The notes under the pieces were generated by a model. That model did no database searches. It was given only the letters and a program-made list of their open reading frames with translations, and had not been told where the DNA came from. A stretch of 64,000 nt of DNA. Source: an uncultured Candidatus Saccharibacteria bacterium (lineage in GTDB: Bacteria > Patescibacteriota > Minisyncoccia > Phycocordibacterales > UBA9973). The first letter of the stretch is position 1; the number at the start of each line of letters is the position of its first letter. The stretch covers positions 11,762 to 75,761 of the forward strand of contig CAYVZI010000001.1 in the NCBI GenBank assembly GCA_964456475.1, written 5' to 3'. Shown one piece after another: positions 29,156 through 38,126 of this stretch. Position numbers and translations under genes: made by a program.

Positions 29156-29719
29156 TTATTCTGCGGTTACATTAGGAATAGACTCTTCTGCTTCTGCACC
29201 CTGCCCAGCTTTTTCGAGTTCGGCATGAATCCGTTCGTAATCCGGTAACTGTTGCACATTTTCTGCACCAAGGGTCGCGAGAAGTTCGATGGTCGGAGTG
29301 TACATAAATCGCTTGCGGTCATGCGGATACTGCTTGCGCTCAATCAGACCTCGCACAAGGAGTGAACGAAGGATAAATCCGGAATTCACACCGCGAATAT
29401 AGTCGATTTTTCCACGAGTGACATCCCTGCCGTACATTATGATCGAGAGTGTTTCGACCGATGCCTTTGAGAGCCCCTTACTTAATTCCTCTTTGAATAT
29501 TTTTTCCAACACAGCATGAGCCTCCGGATGAGTTCCGAGCGTCACAGTGTCTCCTGTCTTAAGTAAGTGAATACCGCGATTTTCAAGCGTTAGCTCGAGC
29601 TCAGATAATCCCGTGTGCATTTCCTCAGATGATGTTCCGAGTGCCTTACGCAATTCTTCGAGTGTCCATGGCTCAGCGCGAGAAAAAAGAAGTGCTTCAA
29701 TAAGTGATTGTAATTGCAT
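29156..29719 (-). CDS. scpB: SMC-Scp complex subunit ScpB
   Basis: IEALLF, LSKASVETLSII.Y, IDYIRGVNS. Confidence 0.92.
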   Translation of the reverse strand: MQLQSLIEALLFSRAEPWTLEELRKALGTSSEEMHTGLSELELTLENRGIHLLKTGDTVTLGTHPEAHAVLEKIFKEELSKGLSKASVETLSIIMYGRDVTRGKIDYIRGVNSGFILRSLLVRGLIERKQYPHDRKRFMYTPTIELLATLGAENVQQLPDYERIHAELEKAGQGAEAEESIPNVTAE

Positions 29720-29746
29720 ATAGTTAGATAATTAGTTGATTAGGTA

Positions 29747-30562
29747 CTAGGAAGCCTCAGTTGTTTCTTCGGTAACGTTTCCATTTTCGACATGATTTTT
29801 TCTTACTTCATCGCTGATACCAGAAAGTTCAATATCAGAAAATTCCATTCCTTGGAATGCATCCATCATACCAGAACGAACGAGTTCAAGCATGGCGAGG
29901 AACGATACAATGTAATTCTTGCGTGTCGCTTCCTCATCATCGCCGACAGAGACGGTCTTCTGCCATTCTCGAAAAGACACGCTGACCGCTGTCGCAATAC
30001 GCTCCGAGAGACTCGTAAGCATCTCATCAATGGTGATAATCTTTCGAATCTTTACTTGAGGCAATACCTCAACTTTCGGAACGCGATTCAAAGTATCAGT
30101 TACAGCCTGCAATAGCACTTGCTGTGTGAGTTTCGGGTCTGGCGCAAAAACACTGGTGAACAATTCTCGCTCTGGCGGCAAATGAATAATGACTTTACCG
30201 TAACGCTCACCAAGTTCTTCACTGATTCCACGAATCATACTGTAGAGTGCAAGGCGTGTTTCAAGATCGACGATATCTTTCTCTTCTTCTTTGGTCACAA
30301 TAAATCCCGGCAAGAGTGAGCGAGATTTTACGAGAATAAGGGTTGCCGCAATCGAGAGAAATGATGTGAGTTCTGAAAGGTCGTTTTTCGGCAAATTACG
30401 CGCATACGCCAAAAAGTCGTCCGTAACCGAAGCCAAAGAAATCTCATTGATAAAGAGCTTTCGGCTCTCCACAAGATTAAGCAACAGCTCCAGCGGCCCT
30501 TCAAATGAGGTCGTTTTGACAGTATATAAGCTCTTCACTTCAACTTCGTCCATATCCAACAT
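29747..30562 (-). CDS. scpA: segregation and condensation protein A
   Basis: FEGPLELLL.L, C-terminal SFLAMLEL. Confidence 0.92.
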   Translation of the reverse strand: MLDMDEVEVKSLYTVKTTSFEGPLELLLNLVESRKLFINEISLASVTDDFLAYARNLPKNDLSELTSFLSIAATLILVKSRSLLPGFIVTKEEEKDIVDLETRLALYSMIRGISEELGERYGKVIIHLPPERELFTSVFAPDPKLTQQVLLQAVTDTLNRVPKVEVLPQVKIRKIITIDEMLTSLSERIATAVSVSFREWQKTVSVGDDEEATRKNYIVSFLAMLELVRSGMMDAFQGMEFSDIELSGISDEVRKNHVENGNVTEETTEAS

Positions 30563-30613
30563 TCTATCCTAATCGACCATTTACACAAGGTTAGAATCTG
30601 ATACAGTGTCTAT

Positions 30614-31930
30614 ATGTTTGATACATATATAAAATTACTCAAAGAATACGTTTCGTTTAAAAGTATTTCGACTGACTTGGCTTTTAAGGGAGATATGCAA
30701 AAGACTGTTGACTGGCTCACCTTTGTTTTAAAGCAATACGGATTCACTATTGAAATTTGGGAAACCAAACTTGCCAATCCTGTTGTATACGCAAAATATA
30801 TTGTTGACCCAAAAACTGAAACAGTACTTGTGTATGGCCACTACGACGTACAACCAGCAGAAAAAGCTGATGGTTGGACAGATGAACCATTTGATCTTTC
30901 TGTTCGAAAGGGCAAGCTTTTTGCACGCGGAGTTGTCGACAACAAGGGACAAAATCTCATTCACATTGTGACTGTTGGTGAACTTATCAAACAAGGCAAG
31001 CTCAAATACAATGTCATCTTCATGATCGAGGGCAACGAAGAGACTTCAAATCCAGAAATGACCAAGCTTGTGCTGCAGAAAAAGGCCAAACTCAAAACCG
31101 ACCACATTATCATTTCTGACGGAGAGATTATCGGCAACACTCCTACGATCGAAGCTTCACTTCGTGGAGGATTTAATATGACCGTTACTGTTCAAACCGC
31201 GCCTTCAAATTTACACTCAGGAATTTTTGGAGGAACAATTCCAAACTCAGCAAACGAGCTTTCAAAAGTCCTTGCCGGGTTGTTTGATAAAAATAATAAA
31301 GTCACGGTTCCTGGATTCTACGAAGGTGTTCCCGCTATTTCCCCTGCTACAAAAAAAGTTCTTCGTTCAATAAAAACCGATAAAGAAATAATGAAACTGG
31401 CAGGTGTAAAAGCACTTACTCCGGAAAAGGGTCTTGATCACTTCACACAAACAGGCCTTCGACCAACACTTCAAGTAACGGGAATCAAAACAGGATACAT
31501 CGGTGAAGGCTACGCAAATATCGTACCAGCTAACGCTGAAGCACGCATTAATGTGCGTTGTGTCGGCAAGCAAAATCCTGAGAAGGTATTTACTATGATC
31601 GCTGCGCATATCAAAAAACAGCTGCCGGCGTATGTAAAAACTACGATAACTCGAACAGACTGCAGTGATCCCGTCGTTGTTGACGTTGATTCAAAAAGCG
31701 CAAAGGAAGTTCGAAGTCTACTCAAAAAAGCATACGGCAAAGAGCCAATCGTTCACTATGTTGGCGGAGGAATCCCAATTGTCTCAGATTACAAAAATAC
31801 ACTAGGCAAAGATACACTACTCATCTCGCTCGGAAACGACGACTGCAATATGCACGGAATCGACGAGAATTTTACCGTTGACTTGGTAAAAAAAGGACTC
31901 AAATTCAGCGAACTATTTTTCTCGAAGTAG
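30614..31930 (+). CDS. M20/M25/M40 family dipeptidase
   Basis: YGHYDVQP, RGVVDNKG, EGNEE, LHSG.FGG, MHGIDE. Confidence 0.92.
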   Translation: MFDTYIKLLKEYVSFKSISTDLAFKGDMQKTVDWLTFVLKQYGFTIEIWETKLANPVVYAKYIVDPKTETVLVYGHYDVQPAEKADGWTDEPFDLSVRKGKLFARGVVDNKGQNLIHIVTVGELIKQGKLKYNVIFMIEGNEETSNPEMTKLVLQKKAKLKTDHIIISDGEIIGNTPTIEASLRGGFNMTVTVQTAPSNLHSGIFGGTIPNSANELSKVLAGLFDKNNKVTVPGFYEGVPAISPATKKVLRSIKTDKEIMKLAGVKALTPEKGLDHFTQTGLRPTLQVTGIKTGYIGEGYANIVPANAEARINVRCVGKQNPEKVFTMIAAHIKKQLPAYVKTTITRTDCSDPVVVDVDSKSAKEVRSLLKKAYGKEPIVHYVGGGIPIVSDYKNTLGKDTLLISLGNDDCNMHGIDENFTVDLVKKGLKFSELFFSK

Positions 31931-31997
31931 AACAAGCAAAAAAGAAAGCCTTGCGTAGCCGCAAGGCTTTTGTGTTATTAACTACAACTTCAATGCA

Positions 31998-32291
31998 TTA
32001 AATTTGATGCATTGAATTATGACAGTCTCCAGGTCCTCCCCAAACAATTTTTTTATCTTTGTCGACATGTTTTGCACTACGGTGAGTAAATAATTTTATT
32101 TTGTCATCCTCTTCTTTTTGCAATTGTTTGTTTTTGTATTCTTGCACATCATGTTCTTGCTTGGCATGGTAACCACCAAAAATTGAGTACTGGTCTTTTT
32201 CAGGCATTTCTGAAAAAGAAAGGTTGGAACAGTGGTCAACAAATAAAGCATTGTTTTGCTCGTTTGGATTAGTAACGTCGTTCTGTAACAT
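31998..32291 (-). CDS. hypothetical protein (orphan) behind an attenuator-like leader
   Basis: 97-aa ORF preceded by TTTAAAAACTTCATACT; terminator ~31943-31972. Confidence 0.55.
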   Translation of the reverse strand: MLQNDVTNPNEQNNALFVDHCSNLSFSEMPEKDQYSIFGGYHAKQEHDVQEYKNKQLQKEEDDKIKLFTHRSAKHVDKDKKIVWGGPGDCHNSMHQI

Positions 32292-32324
32292 AGTATGAAG
32301 TTTTTAAAGTACATGAATGTAAGG

Positions 32325-32460
32325 GGAATATGGTGGCCTATTCCTCTCGATATTTTTCGTACCACCGCGGTTAGGAGTTCTAGACATCCTAACCGCACTA
32401 GCACGAATCATGTTTTGTATTAAAAAATAAACCCCGGATTCTGATCCGGGGTTTATTTTT
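32325..32460 (-). promoter_or_regulatory. structured leader: 17-bp perfect terminator hairpin plus two stem-loops
   Basis: hairpins 32423-32460, 32356-32407 (G-U pairs only on minus strand), 32325-32344. Confidence 0.7.
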
Positions 32461-32492
32461 GAGTTGATTATATTATTTTCCAGTTCTGTCAA

Positions 32493-32603
32493 TTATTTCT
32501 GAATGGAATTCAACGCAAAGATAAGCCCCCGATCGTGTGGTAGACGGGTGACTGAGTAAATCTTTGACCATTGACAGGTATTTGTGTTCGCGGCTGGATT
32601 CAT
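32493..32603 (-). CDS. putative 36-aa leader peptide
   Basis: MNPAANTNTCQWSKIYSVTRLPHDRGLIFALNSIQK immediately after TTGACA-16-TACACT (32618-32645). Confidence 0.5.
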   Translation of the reverse strand: MNPAANTNTCQWSKIYSVTRLPHDRGLIFALNSIQK

Positions 32604-32683
32604 AGAGTTGTAATTTGAGTGTAGCACCTTCAGGAACCTTGTCAATACTTCTGGGGAAAAACCTTGGTACCTAAAGATACCTA

Positions 32684-33694
32684 TTAGAACAAGAGAGCTG
32701 CGGGCTTTTTTTCACCAAAAACCGAAGGTCCAAAAAGTTTAACTCCTTCTGCTGACCTCCATAAAGCACCGGCTTTTCTTGCATAGATAATGAGATTTAC
32801 CCCTTTACTGATTTCAGTATTGTATAAAGGTCGGCCTTTAGTATTAAAACAAATAAGTAAATCGGGGCAAGATACAACGAGAGCATTGTTTACGTACAAA
32901 CCAAGATATTCGTTTTTTACTACCAGCTTAGCAATACCAAGTTTATTGTTTTTGATTGTAATTTCCTTGATTGAAAAGCCATTTTTTGTTTCTTTGTGTA
33001 CACGAACAACTTTCCCTATAAATATTTCTTGTGTACCCTTTGGCAATTTTCCATTTGTAATAATTTTTCCTGTTTGTATTGTTTCCGACACAGTATTTTT
33101 TTCAATTTTTCCAATTAGTTCTTTTACTTGCAATGGGTAACCTGCTACATATACTGCACATTGTTCTTGATCACTAAATTTGCGCAATTCTGACTCAATT
33201 GTATTAAATGACATTCTTCTTTTAAGAATTAAAGTATTATTTTTTTCAGACACAGCCACGAGCGGTGTCCTCCTCAAATTGAATAATGTGATTGTTTCAA
33301 GATAAACCTCAGGAGCAGACCTCCCCCCAACGAAATCAGCGTCAATTAATGGTATTTCCAGAATTGAGGAAAAATATGCAGAACATGCAAGCGCTGCAGG
33401 TCCAATTTCCACCGGGATGATGCCAGAGATTTTAGTACTAAGTAACGCTGAAAGCATTTGAACGGCTTTTTTTGCATATGGAAGAGGGTTTTTCTTTCCA
33501 GCATCCGACGGTCCAACACCGAATATAGTGATGCATAGATCATTCTTGTCTAAGTCGGTTAATTTGAGCAAATCAAATGCTTCCATCTTCCTATAAAATT
33601 TCTTTGCCAATTGTGGACTTCCTCCTCCACCAGTACCAAAAAAAGTACTGCCGAGCAACAATTCCTTTTCATATTTTTGTATTTTTATTTTCAT
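32684..33694 (-). CDS. DUF917 family protein
   Basis: GSTFFGTGGGGSP, PVEIG, IDADFVGGRSAPE, NEYL, CPDLLIC motifs. Confidence 0.88.
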   Translation of the reverse strand: MKIKIQKYEKELLLGSTFFGTGGGGSPQLAKKFYRKMEAFDLLKLTDLDKNDLCITIFGVGPSDAGKKNPLPYAKKAVQMLSALLSTKISGIIPVEIGPAALACSAYFSSILEIPLIDADFVGGRSAPEVYLETITLFNLRRTPLVAVSEKNNTLILKRRMSFNTIESELRKFSDQEQCAVYVAGYPLQVKELIGKIEKNTVSETIQTGKIITNGKLPKGTQEIFIGKVVRVHKETKNGFSIKEITIKNNKLGIAKLVVKNEYLGLYVNNALVVSCPDLLICFNTKGRPLYNTEISKGVNLIIYARKAGALWRSAEGVKLFGPSVFGEKKPAALLF

Positions 33695-33748
33695 GTTTGT
33701 ATAAATGAAATGGGTACATTACTTGTGCAATGTACCCATATTGTAAAA

Positions 33749-34570
33749 TTATAATTCGTCATAACGCAACCTTCGGGTCGGTTCACCATTTTTGGCATAC
33801 CCGCGATAACCTATGATGCCAACATTCTTATTAATCCCCTCTTCGCCATAGGTATTTTTCTGAAACCACGCCTGAATATACCCAGGAACGTTTTCAGTAA
33901 AAGACATGTGATCTTCAGGTTCATAAATCACTGATTGATTGCTCAGACCCAATACATCTGCCCATAGACCTGTATACATAAGGGCAATAAGTGCAATGTC
34001 GCGATCGTTTGGTTGGCATTTCTTACCCATCATTCTTTCCCAAATTTTTAAAGCAACACTATGTTCTTTTTCAATTTCTGAAGTGTAGATGGGAGTGACT
34101 TCTCCCTTCCAACCGAACGACTGTAGGTGTTTTTTAACCAGTTCTACACCTTTTTCTTTATGTACTTCGTGAAAAATACATTTGAGTTCCTCCGCGGGCA
34201 ATGATGTCCACTTTGAAACCCTTCTTGCGAAGATAGAGTCTTCTACGACATATGTGATCTTTCGAACTGCTTTTGGAGGAACGCCAACCGTGTTAAAGAT
34301 TTGATCAATTCTTGGATACCAAGAATATATCCAGGTTCTAAAATCCTCGCAAGACCCAAATGTTATTTCGCGTTTGCGTATTGACTCTGACTCGCCCGTG
34401 AACAAGGAGCAGATTCCTCCGACCACGGTAGTGCAATTAGGATCAAATCCTTCCTTTCGAAATTGATGTCCTATGATGTGACTCTTTCCAAAGGCGTTGT
34501 TCCAAGACTCGGGAATTGCTTTTAATGCCTTGTGTGCCAATGTCCAAGGCAGTGTTTCGTTCGCATACAT
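33749..34570 (-). CDS. hypothetical protein, possible class Ic aaRS/CDPS-like fold
   Basis: 273-aa ORF; motif spacing VVGGIC / YVVED / IYTSE / LMYTGLWADVL (fold is inference). Confidence 0.6.
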   Translation of the reverse strand: MYANETLPWTLAHKALKAIPESWNNAFGKSHIIGHQFRKEGFDPNCTTVVGGICSLFTGESESIRKREITFGSCEDFRTWIYSWYPRIDQIFNTVGVPPKAVRKITYVVEDSIFARRVSKWTSLPAEELKCIFHEVHKEKGVELVKKHLQSFGWKGEVTPIYTSEIEKEHSVALKIWERMMGKKCQPNDRDIALIALMYTGLWADVLGLSNQSVIYEPEDHMSFTENVPGYIQAWFQKNTYGEEGINKNVGIIGYRGYAKNGEPTRRLRYDEL

Positions 34571-34596
34571 ACGATATGAAGTTTTAAATGAACAAT

Positions 34597-34714
34597 ATGG
34601 TGACTTTTCGAGCCACCATCCTCAGGGGTTCATGACACCCCGAGGACACTGACGCGAAATTCTTCACAACAAACAAAAGAAAAGCCCCTGAGAGGGCTTT
34701 TCTTTTGTTTGTTG
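34597..34714 (-). promoter_or_regulatory. structured leader: 21-bp perfect terminator hairpin plus two stem-loops
   Basis: hairpins 34667-34714, 34619-34646, 34597-34619. Confidence 0.72.
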
Positions 34715-34729
34715 ATTATGTATATAGTC

Positions 34730-34813
34730 CTAATCTTGTACAACAAAAAGATGCCCGCTCGCTGGGGTAAAATGTGTAAACCAAACAAAATTTGCGACAC
34801 TCTTTTTGAACAT
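34730..34813 (-). CDS. putative 27-aa leaderless leader peptide, Phe-rich
   Basis: MFKKSVANFVWFTHFTPASGHLFVVQD; ATG 6 nt after TTGACA-17-TACTAT (34820-34848). Confidence 0.55.
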   Translation of the reverse strand: MFKKSVANFVWFTHFTPASGHLFVVQD

Positions 34814-34861
34814 ATTTAGATAGTAAACCTGGCCAACAATATTGTCAATAGCCGTGTGGAA

Positions 34862-34902
34862 AACAAAAATCCGCCGTAACCAGGTTACGGCGGATTTTTT
34901 GT
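34862..34902 (-). terminator. intrinsic terminator
   Basis: AAAAATCCGCCGTAACC-A-GGTTACGGCGGATTTTT. Confidence 0.85.
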
Positions 34903-34914
34903 TAGAGCGTAGTA

Positions 34915-35016
34915 TTACGCAGCTGTTTCTTCAGTAGTTTCAGGAGTTGTTGTTTCTTCAGCTGGAGTAGCTTCTACAACTTCTTCGTCAACTACTGGTG
35001 TGTTGTTCTCATCCAT
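34915..35016 (-). CDS. 33-aa acidic microprotein (not in ORF track)
   Basis: MDENNTPVVDEEVVEATPAEETTTPETTEETAA; biased GAA/GCT/ACT codons; strong terminator follows. Confidence 0.65.
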   Translation of the reverse strand: MDENNTPVVDEEVVEATPAEETTTPETTEETAA

Positions 35017-35086
35017 GATGTAATTTTCGTTTAACTAGTAAGGCCCATACAGTAACATACTTATTCTTGATATCCTAACTTTTTGA

Positions 35087-36475
35087 TTACTTCTTAAGCT
35101 GAATTCCAAGCTCCTTGAGTTGCTTGTCAGAAATTGTACTTGGGGCACCCATCATAAGATCCTTACCTTCACCCGTTTTTGGAAATGCAATCACCTCGCG
35201 GATGTTTGGTTCATTTTGCAAAAGCATCACAATACGATCAATACCTTGCGCACATCCTCCGTGTGGTGGCGCACCATATTCAAACGCAGTAAGCATGTGC
35301 CCAAAGCGCGCTTCGATTGTTTCTTGAGAGAGACCAAGGAGAGTAAAAATTTTGTTTTGCATCTCGCGACTATGAATACGAATTGATCCTCCACCGAGTT
35401 CATAGCCATTAAGTACTATGTCGTATGCATTTGCACGGGCTTTGAGCGGTTCAGAATCGAGAAGATGAGCGTCCTCGGTTTTTACAGAGGTAAATGGATG
35501 ATGTACGGCTTGTACTCCCCCTTCAGAATCTTTTTCAAACATTGGGAAATCCACCACCCAACAAAAAGCGAGAAGATTTGGATCATTTTTGTCTTCGCGA
35601 AGGTCGGGCTTGTCGTTACCATACTTTTCCATTGACTCAGCGTATGTAAGACGTGGAAATGGAATCTGTTGAATACGTTTTTCGGGATATAAAGTTTGCA
35701 CCATTTCGATAAACATTGCTTCGGTATACGAAATCACATCCTCTTGCTCAACAAAAGACATCTCATAATCGAGTTGAGTAAATTCTGGTTGACGATCACC
35801 GCGTGTGTCTTCATCACGCATACAACGTGCGATCTGAAAGTATTTTTCAAAGCCAGCAACCATCGCAAGTTGTTTGAACTGCTGTGGTGATTGTGGAAGT
35901 ACATAAAAATTGCCAGGTTCGAGACGACTTGGAACGACATATTCACGAGAACCTTCTGGTGTACCCTTCATCAAAATAGGTGTTTCGATTTCGATGAAAT
36001 CACTCTTGTGCATGTATTCACGGAAAAATGATACGATTTTATCGCGCATTAAAATGTTTTTGTGGACACGCTCACTTCGAAGGTCGAGGTAACGATACTT
36101 CAAGCGAACCTCCTCACCTACAGGCATTGTGTCTGTATTGATTTCAAATGGTGGAGTTTCGGCCTTGTTTAATACCTCAATCGCTGTGACTTCGAGCTCT
36201 ACATCTCCCGCAACAACGTTTGGATTGATATTCTTTTCCGGACGCTTGTTGACGATTCCAGTGAGTTTGAGTACCCACTCAGGACGGATCTCTTTTGCTG
36301 CCTCAATGGCCTCTGTGTGATTTGGGAGGACAATACACTGGACCTTTCCCGCCATGTCGCGTAAGTCAAAAAAGACCATTTTCCCTTGGTCTCGACGCAC
36401 GTCAACCCAGCCTGCCATAGTGACGGTTTCGCCAATATGCCCTGAAATGTCCTTTGTGTATGTTCGGTTTATCAT
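35087..36475 (-). CDS. aspS: aspartate--tRNA ligase lacking the GAD insertion
   Basis: OB fold, [36 protein letters not shown]. Confidence 0.95.
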   Translation of the reverse strand: MINRTYTKDISGHIGETVTMAGWVDVRRDQGKMVFFDLRDMAGKVQCIVLPNHTEAIEAAKEIRPEWVLKLTGIVNKRPEKNINPNVVAGDVELEVTAIEVLNKAETPPFEINTDTMPVGEEVRLKYRYLDLRSERVHKNILMRDKIVSFFREYMHKSDFIEIETPILMKGTPEGSREYVVPSRLEPGNFYVLPQSPQQFKQLAMVAGFEKYFQIARCMRDEDTRGDRQPEFTQLDYEMSFVEQEDVISYTEAMFIEMVQTLYPEKRIQQIPFPRLTYAESMEKYGNDKPDLREDKNDPNLLAFCWVVDFPMFEKDSEGGVQAVHHPFTSVKTEDAHLLDSEPLKARANAYDIVLNGYELGGGSIRIHSREMQNKIFTLLGLSQETIEARFGHMLTAFEYGAPPHGGCAQGIDRIVMLLQNEPNIREVIAFPKTGEGKDLMMGAPSTISDKQLKELGIQLKK

Positions 36476-36513
36476 TTGTTTAATTTACCACAACTCGAGA
36501 ATTTGTGGAATTT

Positions 36514-36544
36514 TTTAGGATTTAGAGTTTAAGATTTAGAATTT
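36514..36544. repeat. 7-mer array
   Basis: TTTAGGA TTTAGAG TTTAAGA TTTAGAA. Confidence 0.7.
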
Positions 36545-36559
36545 CCACCTTTGGATAAT

Positions 36560-36805
36560 TTATTTAAATTTATCCAAAGGTGGATGCATTCCTTCCCCAA
36601 GCTTTTCAAATGGAATTGAAAGTCCGGCCGTGATTAGAAAAAGTAAATAATAGAGCGGTGTTGCAAGATAAAAAGAAACAATATCATTTCGTCTCCAATC
36701 TCTGTATCGTGACTGAAACCAAACAAAAAGAGTGTTGAGTGGGTAATAAAAGAGAGAAAGTATCGAGATGATTACTATTTTGATTGCAAAAATAATTGTT
36801 TTCAT
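36560..36805 (-). CDS. small membrane protein
   Basis: 81 aa, two hydrophobic segments, co-oriented between trpS and aspS. Confidence 0.6.
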   Translation of the reverse strand: MKTIIFAIKIVIISILSLFYYPLNTLFVWFQSRYRDWRRNDIVSFYLATPLYYLLFLITAGLSIPFEKLGEGMHPPLDKFK

Positions 36806-36859
36806 TTTAGAGATAAGGGGGGCAATGATAAGGAAGAAGTAAACTCAACCAAAATCAAA

Positions 36860-37804
36860 TTACAGAAGTCCAACTGCATTTTTTACCGCAGACATTTTTG
36901 CTTTTGCACGAGCGATCACAATCTCACCACCACGACGAAGTACCTCCTCGACTATTTCGGGATGAGACTGTATTTCATTGTACTTTTCACGAAGAGGTCG
37001 GATGAACACTTTCACGTCTTCAGCAAGTGCCTCCTTGAGAATTTTGTACTTACCCTTATTTGCTTCATACAACGGAACGAGTTCAGCTTCGGTTTTGAAA
37101 AGCTTGTGAATCGCATACACATTGGTCGGTACATCACCTGATGAATCGGTGACAATACTCATCACCGCCTTGTCGATTTCTTCGTCGGTAGCAAAAAGTG
37201 GAATAGTATTCCCATAACTCTTACTCATTTTGCGTCCATCGATTCCAGGAACGATTCCCGTTGAATCCAAAATGAGCGATTCTGGCATTTTGAAATTTTC
37301 ACCCCAAAGATTGTTAAATTTTTGCGCCGTATCACGTGCTATTTCCACATGTTGCTTTTGGTCATTACCCACGGGCACCACATCCGGATCCTGCATCAAA
37401 ATGTCAGCGGCCATAAGTATTGGATAGTCGAAGAGGCCAACAGTCGCCTCCTTTCCATTGGCGATTGCATCCTTATATGCATGAGCACGTTCCAAATACG
37501 GCATTGTGGTCAAACAATTGAACATCCAAGTCAATTCACACAACTCTCCTCCGATAGTTGATTGCTTGAACAACACGACTTTTTCCGGATCGAGTCCGCA
37601 AGCCAGATATGTTGCCGTGATATTAAAAATTTGTTTTCGCAATTCCGCACTTTCTTTGACAGTTGTCAGTGCGTGTAGATCTGCTACAAAGACGTATGAT
37701 TCAAACGAATCCTGCATATCAACAAACTGCTTGATTGCGCCAAAGTAGTTGCCGATGTGTATATCGCCAGTCGGTTTGATTCCGGAAAGTAAGACTTTTT
37801 TCAT
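36860..37804 (-). CDS. trpS: tryptophan--tRNA ligase
   Basis: HIGN, YPILMAADIL, VPVG.DQ.QH, KMSKS. Confidence 0.96.
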   Translation of the reverse strand: MKKVLLSGIKPTGDIHIGNYFGAIKQFVDMQDSFESYVFVADLHALTTVKESAELRKQIFNITATYLACGLDPEKVVLFKQSTIGGELCELTWMFNCLTTMPYLERAHAYKDAIANGKEATVGLFDYPILMAADILMQDPDVVPVGNDQKQHVEIARDTAQKFNNLWGENFKMPESLILDSTGIVPGIDGRKMSKSYGNTIPLFATDEEIDKAVMSIVTDSSGDVPTNVYAIHKLFKTEAELVPLYEANKGKYKILKEALAEDVKVFIRPLREKYNEIQSHPEIVEEVLRRGGEIVIARAKAKMSAVKNAVGLL

Positions 37805-38126
37805 ATAATATGAAGTATATCAAATTTCGGTAAATTAAAAAGAAGGGATCAAAATCCCCTCTTTTGTTAAAACTATCTATTTTAAAAATTAAGATCATGA
37901 TATGGAGTAAAATTTGCATAAAAACTCCACAGGTTATGACTACGTTTGGCTGGCTGGCAGGGCTCTTTTTTGTGCGTGGGCGTACCATGCACTAATCATT
38001 TGCCAAGTCTGTTTTTCTTAAGCATAGTCTTATCAAAACTATACGTCAAATCCAAATACACAGGCTATACACATACTTTGCATAAAACTAACTTTCCTCA
38101 AAAATCGCATGTGTTAGAATCGACTC

